Sequence record: NC_048668.1 | DNA length: 64,000 nt | Reading direction: 5' to 3' (one strand) | In this document: in pieces, positions 19,956 to 30,535 of the stretch | Position numbering within the stretch: the stretch's first letter is position 1 | Layout: each line of letters starts with the position of its first letter | Notes under the pieces: model-generated | What the model was told of the DNA's origin: nothing | The model's input: only the letters and a program-made list of their open reading frames with translations | The model's database searches: none | Made by a program: the position numbers and the translations under genes

Positions 19956-22125
19956 TTACAGACCACGATCGGTTCGTGACAACGCAGAAAGCAAAGACCC
20001 TACTCGGTTACCTGAGAAGATGGTGTTCACTACGTTGCTGTACGAGAAGAACTTATCAAATGCTGCCAGGTTACGGTTCCAGTTACGTTTGAAACGACTT
20101 AGCATGTAGACCTGAGTCTGCAAGTCCAGGCTAGAGAGAACGCTCGTATAAGACCCGTAGGAAGAATCCTGAGGGAAGAGCATACGACTCCAGTTGGTTG
20201 GGTCGAAACTACGCAGACCGAACGCTTCGTTCATTGGCATCGACATTACTGAAGAAAGATCAGTAATAGTCAATCGAACATCTACGCCCAGGTATTCGCC
20301 GTTCTGAGTCCAAGGCATATTAGACGTAGCACGAGTAATATCTACCGCAGTGATCATCCCTAACGGAATAGAACACCGACCTTGGCAATAGAACTCACCA
20401 ATGAATGGTTGCCCGTAAGTAGCAGCACCTTGTTGCACGGGGCAGAACACCGCAAAGCAACATGACCAGAGGTAAGATCTCATTCTGGAAACGAACCACG
20501 TTGTCAGCACACCACGCCCTCAGAGGAATCGTAATCGACATCTGGTTAAACGTAGCACTAGACGTATCGTAGTGTTTAGGGATATCAGCAAATGCGTTAC
20601 CTGCCAATACACCCAACCCGGAGATATGCAAGGAGTCAGCAACACCCGAGACAATATCCTTCATCGTATCCATGATCATCCCGATACCTGGAATGTCAGA
20701 GAAGTTACCATCAGCAAATTTGAAGCGCATGGAGCGAGCACGTTCAGACGTGGAGTTGATTGCGGATTCCAAATCGGAAGCACGTACGGAGTTACTGAAA
20801 CTTTCGTTAGCCGATTGACGTCCATCAATACGGAAACTCACCCACTGCGTACCATCGTGCTGTGCAGCCTTAAAGGTAGCCCAGGCACGTTCTAAAGTAT
20901 CGCTTGAGAAGTAGTCCTTAACAGACTCATAAGCTGCCTCAATGCTGTTCCCTAACGATTCCATCATACCTGGATCATTGACCGGGTTTCCGTTCTCGTC
21001 AGTTGCAGTTACCGGAGCTGTAGTATCGATAGTTGCCTCACCGCCACTAGTAGGAGCAGCAGTGTTAGCTGTTGTGTCCCCACTAGCGCCGCCAGTAGAA
21101 ACAGTAACAACCGGACGAAGCTGACCATCGGATTCCTTAAAGTAGGCATCCAGGAAATCTTCAGTAGTTGCGTACTCTTTACGACGAGCTCGACCCAGTG
21201 TCGCACTAGCGCCACCGAATGTCATCCAGTTATAGATGGCACCCACTACGCCATTACCGTTGCTCTGGTTATTAGCAGCAATCTGGTTAACTGCGTTATG
21301 CCAAGCATCTGCATAGGCCTGAGCACGAGAAGCCACAGCGTATACGTCGATACCTGTCAGGCCTTCACTACGGTAGACCGGAGGAATCATAGCGTCGTAT
21401 GCTTGACGTTCCCTTGCACCTACTTGGAAAGCGTTCTTAGCAGCCGCTTCGAGGCTACTTGTACCGGGGTCAGTTGCCATCCCCGCAGTACCGTTTAGGT
21501 CAGCGGTGTTAGCCAACTGCAGCCACGCATCAGCAGGCTGAGCAACCATGTCCAGGTTAGTACCGATGGTGTTAGCGAAGTCGTTAACATATTTCCAGTA
21601 CAAACCCATTTCAGGCTTCAGGTAATAGAACTTAGTCGAAACTGTACCGGAGAACCATTTCAGTGCTGAGAAAGTAAGGATGTACGGAACAAACCTTACA
21701 GAGAATGCCCAGCCCAATGCTTTACCGATCAAAGTACCGATACTCTGACCACGACCAGTACGAACCAGTCGAGAATCGTCCGAGCTATAGAAGTTCGAGA
21801 AGAACGAGCTCAGGGAGTTAAAGATTGGAATACCGAAGCGCATGTGTAACAACACTGCGTTGTCATCGATATTCTCAGAATAGAAGTGTCCCATCCCTTC
21901 GCCGATATCGACGTAGCGTTTAAGGATCGGGTCGCCGTGGTTACAATACTGCGGCGGAGCATTGATGGCAAAGTTACCACCCATGGTTGTATCGGTGTAC
22001 TTGTAATAGGCACTGGTGAATGTGCGATAATACATATCGTCCTCTTCGATAGCACCTTCAGGGAGTAACAATCCCTGTCGTATCCAATCGCTATCGCTGA
22101 TAACGTCGCTATTAACTTGGGCCAT
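19956..22125 (-). CDS. Baseplate/virion structural protein, phiKZ gp182-like (joined across a +1 frameshift at about 20431)
   Basis: Lies immediately downstream of the tape measure. The two track ORFs join as LPRATGAATYGQPF after removing one base. Confidence 0.75.
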
Positions 22126-22180
22126 TTTAAGTCCTCGATGAAAAAGGTGGGAGAGGAGTTACCCTCTCCCAATTATTAGA

Positions 22181-25100
22181 CTATCGTGTCACTCGGGTAT
22201 CGAACGGCAAACCGCCGGTCTTCTCTGGCATCCCTCCAGAAGTCGATGTCCGACGAAGTAAATCATCGGTATCAGAGTTCTTGGAGTTAGCCGGGATGTC
22301 TTCACCTTGAGTCTTACTTCCTTTTAAGTGCTTAAGGAGAGCATTGAGAATACCTGTGGTGTTTTCGCTGGTCAGTTTCTGATAAGTGAGTGAATCCTTC
22401 ATAAAATCAACAGAGCTCATCTCACTCTTCGTTTTCTCCCTCACGACTTCTTGTCTACGAGTGACAGAGCTGCGTTGGAGTTCACGACTTTCATTACGCT
22501 GATCTTGCGCTGCAGCAATCTCCGGAGCCACAGTACTCGGTGCAGTGATAGTTGGAACCGTATCAGTAGAACCGGTAAAGTTAGGCGTACCCAACGTACT
22601 ACCTTTAGGCAAGGCACCTTTAGGATCGAACGGGGTAGGAGTTGATGCAGTAGCACCAGGGGTAGTTGGCGTTTCAGCAGGGAGCGCTGGAGTAGTTGGC
22701 GTACCTCCTACGTTACGATCGCCCGCTTCGGAAGCAGCACGATTAGACAGAGCGTTAGCTTCATCCACGTACTGGCCACCATTACGGTTCAGATAACCGG
22801 ACAGACTTCTCCGGAAATCACCGACCGTTCTAACACCGTTAAAGATCTCCGGGTTAGCCTTAGATACCTTATCGTAGTCGGTCATCGCCTGACGAATATC
22901 CGTATCGTCAGATTTACTTAGCATCTTACGTGCACCACCCGTCCCTAAGAAGTGAGCAGCGTAGAGGTCTTCTGCAGTCAATGGACGACCGATGCTACCT
23001 AACGCTTCTTGGTTCTTACGCATGTACTCAGCTGTGGCCAGTATGTTAGCACGAGGATCCATCTGAGTGGCGTTAGGGTTAACTCCGTACTTCTTAACCA
23101 GAGTAGGGAGTATCTCCTTCCAAGTCGAGTCGATGAACTGACCGAAACCTGCGGCGCTGGAGTTACGGTTTTTGGCAGCCGGGTTAAACTTCGACTCCTG
23201 TGCTACCATCGCAGCAAGAGCACCGGCATCCACACCTACCATCCGAGCAGCAGCCACGATGAGATCGCGGTTCTCTGCCCAACCTCTGCCCTGGGACTGA
23301 GGAAGGTCATTTACGCTACCGCCAGTACCTGTACCATGTTGCAACTCATTACCGTAGATACCTGAAGTCCCTGCGTTCTCGAACGACGTGCCCGTAGTAC
23401 CGTAACTGGTTGAGTACGAGTTAGTGTTACCGCCTTGAGCGGATCCACTGTACTTGCCAGAAACAGCAATCTGGTTTTGCAACGCCATCTTAATCGCTTG
23501 ACCCGTCTTAGTGTCGTCAAGTTTCTTACCATCAAAGGTAGTCTTGTCGATCTCTTTCTGAGTACGGACTTTCTCTTGATAAACTTCTTTCTTAGACTGA
23601 TCCCTCAACGAGTCGAGGTTGTCGTTCACGGAACTGGAATCCGCATTCATCCGACGACCTGGCCATGGAGATGCCAGTACTTGCCAGACAGAATACGTAT
23701 TACCATTGAACTCAGTCTTAGCGCCAACCAGGAAGTTAGCAATCTTCAAGAGATCACTAGACTTAAGCGTTTTCCAAGAATCAATAGGAGATGTCTGTGG
23801 AGAAATCTTTTTAGCCTGAGCGCAGAAGTTCAAGAAGGCAGGCAAGAAACGATGCTGGAACCAAGTCATCCAGTTAGTCTTCGCTTCCTTATCTGCGGTG
23901 TTGATACCAAACCGAGGTGCCCACAATGCGAAGGTTTTATCCATGTCACCATTGAAGGTAGCTTGGAACTTAGCATTGTACTGAACCTGTTTAATCAGCT
24001 CGGATTCCATTACCAGCAACAAGTTGACGTCTTCTTTCACCAATTGATTCAGACCATACGTTTTTACACGGATAGAACTGAGGTCATCAATTCGGTTAGA
24101 GATTTGAATCATCTCGTCTTGCTGGACGTTACCCGTGATACCGCCAGGAATACTGACTTTATCACCTGGGCTGTAGAACAGATCAGTTGAAGGGTTAATG
24201 GCGCGGTCATCTTGTTGTTGCATATTGCGCAGGGCATTCTGAACAGGAGTGATCGGCTTAGTCGCAAACGTACTCTTAGCTTGGTCGACAGATTTCTTCG
24301 ACTGGTACGCCTTCTCTTGCTGGGAATATTTCTCGATAACGACATCACGGTATTTAGCCGGATAGCCAGAGCCTACAACAGAACGCTTACCAGGGAACGG
24401 TGAGGCTGAGATGTTGTAAGGTGAGTTTTCACCAGAGCTTTCGATAAAGGTTTCCCTTGCGAACTGTGGTCGTTGTCCAGGTTCGAGGAAGTCAGCATCA
24501 GTCAACTTAGCTTTAGGATCCATCTTACGGAGTACCGTAAGGTTCTTAGAGAACACCGGAACAAAGCGTTTGTTGTACCAACGCATCCACTCTACGACCT
24601 GACGTTGGTTTTGCAACTCAATACCGAACGACTCGAGGAGAGACTCGAACTCAAGAGAGCCAATACGAACACCGCCGTTAGGCATGACCGTCGTTTTCTT
24701 GAGTACAGCTTCTTCTAACGCCAAGATCTTACCGCGAGATTCACCATCGTTAACATCGGCACCATATTGAGCAATGCGATAGTCACGAAGTGGAGTCATG
24801 CGGTTACTGTACATCTGCCAACCTTTATAGATCAGGTAACCTGTACCTGCTACAGCAGCGGCAATAGCCAGACCAGGAGCAGAGACTAATCCACCGAGTG
24901 CAGCTGCACCCATACGGAGAACTGTACCTGCGCCACCTAATGCAAAGCGACCTGCTGCCAATGCACCGCGACCAGCCAAACGACCAACCTTACCTAAGAG
25001 ACGACCACCACGACGAAGGATACCGCCTTTACGACCACCGCCTGCCAAATCACCGATGTCACCTAGAGCATCAGCACCTTTACGAAGCGCCAACCATTTA

Positions 25101-28100
25101 GGCAAGTCTTTGATCCAACCTGCGAATTTACCCAGACCAGAACGAATGCCGCCAATAGCAGCACCGATACCAGACAGAGCCATCCAGATAAGTTTAGACC
25201 AGCCGCCCTCAGTCTTAGCAGCAACCTTCTCAGCTTTGGCTACGTCTGCAGCTTTCCCGCCGTTATCTTTCAAACGGTTTAACCAACTACCTGCACGAGC
25301 ACTTAAACGTTCTCTGATGTCATTAGCACGATCGATAGAGTTCTTACCGACATTACGTGCCCAACCGGTCAGTTTGGAAAGCGCACCTTGACCACCGCTA
25401 CGCAGATCCTCTACGCTATCACCCAACCCTTCCAACGGATTCTGTCCAGTGAATTGGTTAGCTAACAGACGATAGATACGTTTCAGCCAGAAGGTTTGTT
25501 TATCGGTACCTTTACCGCCACGACGACCAATGCCAGTAATTGCACCCAGGGCATTACCTGCCATGTTTACAACACCGTTAGCCGCTCTCCATGGAAGACT
25601 CAGGAGATCTTTACCGATACGGAACGCAGTACCAACACCGCCGGTAATTAACGCCCCTACGGTACCGTAGCCGCTACGGATAGGTTTACCTGAACGATCT
25701 ACAATCCCCTTCTCGCGAATCTCGCTATCGAGCAGTACAGGACGCAATTGACGGGTAGTAGGATCCATCTCACCGATGTCGCCAACAATGTCCCTTGGAC
25801 TACGAACAATCTTGCCTGTAGCGATTTGATAGTATTCACCAGCATTCAGCTTAGAGCTGTAAAGCCGGGGAGCCTTCTCACCTGCTACGTAAACATCAGG
25901 CATTCTGCTCAGCAGTCGTTTGGCCGTATTAAGGAAACCGCGCGCAACACCAGTAGCCATCCTGAAAGGAACACCTGTTGCGTTGTGGATACCGGCAACT
26001 ACTTTACCTACTGTACCAAAGATATTGGCAGAGAGGCGTTTACCGTCCTTATTGAACAGACCTTGTTTGACATCGTCTGCACTCAGAACTTGTGTTTGCT
26101 CAACGGTATCAAATACCGGACCGGTGATATCCTTAATAGAGGAAATAACTTTACCGGAGTTCTGATCAATGTACCGACCAGTCCCGAAGCCTTCTTTACT
26201 GATGACCTTTTTAAATCCTTGAGCACCTTGGATGTAAACGTCACTGAACCGATCACGAGCACGACCAATTACACCAGTCAATCCACCGGTGAGAACGTTC
26301 ATGGCAGTACGACCTACCGCCATAGCAGGAGAGATCGATTTGCGCAGAGCGGCATTGAATGCACGGAAAGGTAATCCAGTAGCGTTCCATACTGCTTTAT
26401 GCCCACGCCATGCTGTGCTAAGAGCACGTCTCCACCAAGGACCGCGAGCAGCACTTGAAGTAGAGGAGCCCGTACCTTCTCCACCACCGCCTGAACCACC
26501 ACCCATACCGCCAGCGGCGATGATAGACCGGATAGCTTCAACGTTGTCAGCCAACGAACCTACAGCGTGATGCGTGAACTCTTGTTGGATACCCAACTGA
26601 GCCAACAACTTAGCCGTTTGTTCTTCAATGGCAGAAACTACCCCGTTACCTTTCTCAGCTTGTCGACGACGAGTGAGGTCAAGTATCGAATTGTTGTCAA
26701 CCCGAGCAGAATAGTTAATAGAACTAGGTCCAGGATAATTACGAAGCTGGCTAAAACGAGCAGCACCAAGAGGCCCAGTGTTTCCAGAAAGCAACGACGA
26801 AATAGATGGAGCTTGTGACGGAGATCCTGATAAACCGCCTTCACCATTTTCAACCCCTTCATTATCAGTACGATTACCGTAGTAGTCAGGATTGATATCC
26901 CAACGACCGTTACGGAACTTAACTGCGCCTGTTGCAATTAATGCTTCGATTCCACCGGTACTCGCCAACGCATGTGCACGATTATAAATCCCAACGGTTT
27001 GGTTTGAACCGTAGTTGAATAACCCAGCATCACGGTTAAGGTTTTGGTTACGACCAGAGAAGATGTTAGTCGAATAACGACCATCATTACCCTGAGTCAT
27101 CCCGTAGCGCTCTACGAGGAGTTTACGCCACGTATCCTTATCGGCTTCGGACATACCGGAAACGTTTAAGTTCATGAGCTTGTTAGGGTTGAACGCAGCA
27201 CTGGTTCTGCCCCGACGCATCAGCTCACGAATAATAGCGTCCCTACCTTGAGGACTCAACGAATCGTTAGGGTCAATCGACTTCAATAAAGAAGACATGG
27301 TACGACGCTGACGTTCGATCTCATCTTTACCGATGAGAGAATTATGCGTGTCTTCTACGGACTCGTTAAATGTCGTGAATGTACCACGTTGTTGATTGTA
27401 AACGACGCGAGGAGTATTTTTATCTCCAGTACGGATACCATCGATACTATGTAATATCCGCGAGAGGTAGCCTGGAATAATCTCTTCCAGAGCACGGAGT
27501 TTACGATCTTCAAAACCGATCGCACTATCCTTCAGTCCATTGAGTCCAGTTGCTCTTACGGTTCCCTGGTCACGGTACCCTGAACGCAATACGTCTTTCA
27601 GGAGATTCGTTACCGGGGAATGCCAACGGCCGTATGATTGACCGCTACTACCGTATTCGGAAAGCAGACGTTCACGGTTATTGAAGAGATAGTTAGCCTG
27701 CTGGAATATACCGTCTGTCCTTTTAAGGAAACGGTTATTACGAACACGACGACCTAACCAACGGCCACCACGCAGAGCTGCTTGGTTACCGACCGCACCT
27801 GCTGCGAATTCCAATGGATCAATACCCATGGACTCCAACAGCTCACGCTGCATCTCCATCCCTTCCAGACCGCTGTTAGCAGTCTCTAAACCATATTGGA
27901 AGTTTTGGATCTGACGAGATACCGCGCTCTTAGCACGGTTAGTGATGTTGGTGCGGTAGTTACGTGTCCACTCACCAATGGTCTGGTTGATCTTGCCAAA
28001 GACACCTTCACGCGCATAACGCATGTACTCTTCACTCTGACGTTGTTTAACAACTTCAGGTAAGCCGGTGTTCTTGACTACGTCACGTAACAGGTTAGAC

Positions 28101-28822
28101 GTTTCAATCGCAGACTTCTGCGCTACGTCCAATGTCGCACGAGAAACCATGAGCTGACGAATACGGAGCTCTAACGATTTCTTTTGATACGCACGCTGGA
28201 CATTGAATGTATACGCGGTTTGTTTACTGAGTTCGTTCTGGATACCGAAAAGGCTATCCGCAACTACTTGACGATATTTCAGTTCACTGAGACGATCAAT
28301 TGTCTTATCCGCTTGATCTTGTAAGCGATCGTTTTCCTGGTTAGCGAAAACTTCTTCCAAGACACGAGAAGCAACAGCATCTTCTACGTTAATGTTATTT
28401 AGCGAATAAGGGTTCTGTTTATTCTCCTGTCCCCATTTAGCCAAGCGCTTGTTGAATGGGTTCTTAGGGAACAATCGGTTTAGTGACCGAGCAGCAGCTT
28501 TGAATTCACGTACAGCAGGCCCTGCTTCTCTTCGTACGTCGGTCAGTAATTCTTTGGTACCTAACGCCGCACGGTCTGCGTTTTCCAAAGTGACTGAGAA
28601 AGAGGGAGGTAACGCACCTTTGAGGATTTCCCTCGCCATGGTAGTCGTTAGCGTACTCTTACCCATTTCGCGAAGTACAGTTTTACCTACGCGAATTGTC
28701 GGGTTACGATCCCTGCTTTTATTGTCAGGCTGCAGGTCATTATAGTTGAGGTCATTGCCCCAACTTTCCTCGAAGTCGTATTCGTTAGCACGACCGAGAT
28801 CAACCTTTTCTTTTTTAGCCAT
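22181..28822 (-). CDS. Tail tape-measure protein with a lytic transglycosylase domain (phiKZ gp181-like)
   Basis: 2213 aa, Gly/Ala/Arg-rich. SLT motif AAMVAQESKFNPAAKNRNSSAAGFGQF, followed by YAAHFLG. Confidence 0.92.
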   Translation of the reverse strand: MAKKEKVDLGRANEYDFEESWGNDLNYNDLQPDNKSRDRNPTIRVGKTVLREMGKSTLTTTMAREILKGALPPSFSVTLENADRAALGTKELLTDVRREAGPAVREFKAAARSLNRLFPKNPFNKRLAKWGQENKQNPYSLNNINVEDAVASRVLEEVFANQENDRLQDQADKTIDRLSELKYRQVVADSLFGIQNELSKQTAYTFNVQRAYQKKSLELRIRQLMVSRATLDVAQKSAIETSNLLRDVVKNTGLPEVVKQRQSEEYMRYAREGVFGKINQTIGEWTRNYRTNITNRAKSAVSRQIQNFQYGLETANSGLEGMEMQRELLESMGIDPLEFAAGAVGNQAALRGGRWLGRRVRNNRFLKRTDGIFQQANYLFNNRERLLSEYGSSGQSYGRWHSPVTNLLKDVLRSGYRDQGTVRATGLNGLKDSAIGFEDRKLRALEEIIPGYLSRILHSIDGIRTGDKNTPRVVYNQQRGTFTTFNESVEDTHNSLIGKDEIERQRRTMSSLLKSIDPNDSLSPQGRDAIIRELMRRGRTSAAFNPNKLMNLNVSGMSEADKDTWRKLLVERYGMTQGNDGRYSTNIFSGRNQNLNRDAGLFNYGSNQTVGIYNRAHALASTGGIEALIATGAVKFRNGRWDINPDYYGNRTDNEGVENGEGGLSGSPSQAPSISSLLSGNTGPLGAARFSQLRNYPGPSSINYSARVDNNSILDLTRRRQAEKGNGVVSAIEEQTAKLLAQLGIQQEFTHHAVGSLADNVEAIRSIIAAGGMGGGSGGGGEGTGSSTSSAARGPWWRRALSTAWRGHKAVWNATGLPFRAFNAALRKSISPAMAVGRTAMNVLTGGLTGVIGRARDRFSDVYIQGAQGFKKVISKEGFGTGRYIDQNSGKVISSIKDITGPVFDTVEQTQVLSADDVKQGLFNKDGKRLSANIFGTVGKVVAGIHNATGVPFRMATGVARGFLNTAKRLLSRMPDVYVAGEKAPRLYSSKLNAGEYYQIATGKIVRSPRDIVGDIGEMDPTTRQLRPVLLDSEIREKGIVDRSGKPIRSGYGTVGALITGGVGTAFRIGKDLLSLPWRAANGVVNMAGNALGAITGIGRRGGKGTDKQTFWLKRIYRLLANQFTGQNPLEGLGDSVEDLRSGGQGALSKLTGWARNVGKNSIDRANDIRERLSARAGSWLNRLKDNGGKAADVAKAEKVAAKTEGGWSKLIWMALSGIGAAIGGIRSGLGKFAGWIKDLPKWLALRKGADALGDIGDLAGGGRKGGILRRGGRLLGKVGRLAGRGALAAGRFALGGAGTVLRMGAAALGGLVSAPGLAIAAAVAGTGYLIYKGWQMYSNRMTPLRDYRIAQYGADVNDGESRGKILALEEAVLKKTTVMPNGGVRIGSLEFESLLESFGIELQNQRQVVEWMRWYNKRFVPVFSKNLTVLRKMDPKAKLTDADFLEPGQRPQFARETFIESSGENSPYNISASPFPGKRSVVGSGYPAKYRDVVIEKYSQQEKAYQSKKSVDQAKSTFATKPITPVQNALRNMQQQDDRAINPSTDLFYSPGDKVSIPGGITGNVQQDEMIQISNRIDDLSSIRVKTYGLNQLVKEDVNLLLVMESELIKQVQYNAKFQATFNGDMDKTFALWAPRFGINTADKEAKTNWMTWFQHRFLPAFLNFCAQAKKISPQTSPIDSWKTLKSSDLLKIANFLVGAKTEFNGNTYSVWQVLASPWPGRRMNADSSSVNDNLDSLRDQSKKEVYQEKVRTQKEIDKTTFDGKKLDDTKTGQAIKMALQNQIAVSGKYSGSAQGGNTNSYSTSYGTTGTSFENAGTSGIYGNELQHGTGTGGSVNDLPQSQGRGWAENRDLIVAAARMVGVDAGALAAMVAQESKFNPAAKNRNSSAAGFGQFIDSTWKEILPTLVKKYGVNPNATQMDPRANILATAEYMRKNQEALGSIGRPLTAEDLYAAHFLGTGGARKMLSKSDDTDIRQAMTDYDKVSKANPEIFNGVRTVGDFRRSLSGYLNRNGGQYVDEANALSNRAASEAGDRNVGGTPTTPALPAETPTTPGATASTPTPFDPKGALPKGSTLGTPNFTGSTDTVPTITAPSTVAPEIAAAQDQRNESRELQRSSVTRRQEVVREKTKSEMSSVDFMKDSLTYQKLTSENTTGILNALLKHLKGSKTQGEDIPANSKNSDTDDLLRRTSTSGGMPEKTGGLPFDTRVTR

Positions 28823-28866
28823 TACACTACCTTTATTAACTAAAGTTTGAGAGGAGCACGTTTACC

Positions 28867-30506
28867 ATGCGTCTCAATGAAATGCCTTTTAACATTTTCA
28901 TTATGGACGTTACTCCAGAACTTATTCGTTCCATGCGAGCAACGACCACAACTGAAATTTTCGAAACGGGCACACGTAACTTCAACCGGGACGGTTTGTT
29001 TAGCGTAGAGACTTACGGTACGCTAGGTAGCCCAGAACGTGACGGAAGATTCAGCTATATTAATTTAAACACGTCCATTTTCCACCCTTTGATTTACAAA
29101 CGTTTGGGGACATTGAAACGTCTCTATACCGAAATTATCGAAGGTACTCGTTACGCGATATTTGACGAAGAGAAAAAAGACTTCATCCCAGCCGATGAGA
29201 CGGTTGGTGAAACAGGCTTTGCTTTCTTCGTTAAACATTTCCCTAACCTCGTTATAGAGGAAGGCGATTCTGAGATCCGTAACCTTCGCGTTCGCTTGAT
29301 TAACGAAAACCGTAATAAAGCAATGCTCGAACGCATCTTGGTGATGCCGGCAGGTTTACGTGACCTGATTGTTGGAACCGGGCACAGGAAGAACCTCAGA
29401 AGACGAGATCAACAAATTCTACCGTGCAATGATTTCCATCGCTAACGGTATCTCCGGTTCATCCACCAACCGCAATGACCCAATCATCAACTATTCTCGT
29501 CTGAGTTTACAACGTAACTTCAACGAGATCTTTGAGTACGTCTTTAACATGATTAAAGGCAAGAAGGGGTTTGCGTTGTCCAAGTGGGCATCTCGTAAAA
29601 TCCTGAACGGTACCGCTAACGTAATCACGCCGATTGAACGTAGGTACTGATCGCCTGGGCTCTAACCGTACTCCAGTCATCAACGACGTCCAGCTCGGTC
29701 TGTATCAAGTAATTAAAGCAGTACTTCCTAAGACACGTTACTTCATTCGTAACGGTTGGGTTGGCCAGGTATTCTCCGGTAACACCGAAGATGAAGTTCG
29801 CTTGACCGATCCTAAGACACTGCGCGCAGTATTCGTAAAACCTTCTCCAGAGTCCGTCACTCGTTGGACGACTAAAGAGGGTATCGATGCAGAGATTACC
29901 CGGTACAAGATCCTAGGTTTCCGTCAGCGTCCAATTATGGTCGATGGCTACTACCTTGGTCTGCTTTATGCTGGCCCACAAGGTTGGCGTTTCTTTGCAG
30001 ATATTAATGAGCTGCCTCAAGGGTTCGACAAAAAGTATGTCTACCCTATTAACATGACCTCTCTTTATTATCTGAGCGGTTATCGTGAGTGGCACAAAAT
30101 GGCCGGTATCGTTACCCGTTATCCGGTAACTGGCCCAGGCTCTACTTACATAGGAAACATCTATTGTAAGACAACTCAGAAGACGCAATCTCTCCCTGAG
30201 TTGGACGAAAGCTGGCATCGCCTTGGTCCGGACTTCATTGCCAATGAGTTCCCAGACCAGTCGCAAAAAGCGACTCACTATATGACCCTCAGTCCACACC
30301 CGTCACGTATCGCCCCGCTGGGCGCGGACTATGACGGTGACCGTTGTACTTTCACTGCAGTGTACGGTCGTGATTCTCTGGAAGAGTACGAACTCATCAA
30401 GAGTAAGAAAGAGTGGTACGTATCTGCTCGAGGTAGCCTGGCACTTTCTGCTGACGTAGATAACCTCGACTTGGTACTCCGTAATATCACTGGCGGGCCG
30501 AAATAA
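28867..30506 (+). CDS. Virion RNA polymerase beta-prime-like subunit with the catalytic site (phiKZ gp180-like); joined across +1 frameshifts at about 29374 and 29634
   Basis: GLFSVETYG N-terminal motif and catalytic GADYDGD. Three track ORFs join after removing one G and one T. Confidence 0.9.
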
Positions 30507-30535
30507 ATTAATTACTCTTAGGAGTGTCTCTGACA

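Noticed and set aside
22441-28745. Many 60-250 aa ORFs antisense to or overlapping the tape-measure gene, and similar shadows such as 36843-37841, 11582-12553 and 52603-53424
   Set aside because: They lie opposite long genes with biased codon usage, lack SD sites and motifs, and are expected by-products of codon bias.
29369-29650. Possible extra introns or programmed frameshifting splitting the vRNAP beta-prime gene
   Set aside because: No intervening sequence or intron core is present. Single-base deletions restore the frame, and there is no slippery heptamer or stimulator.
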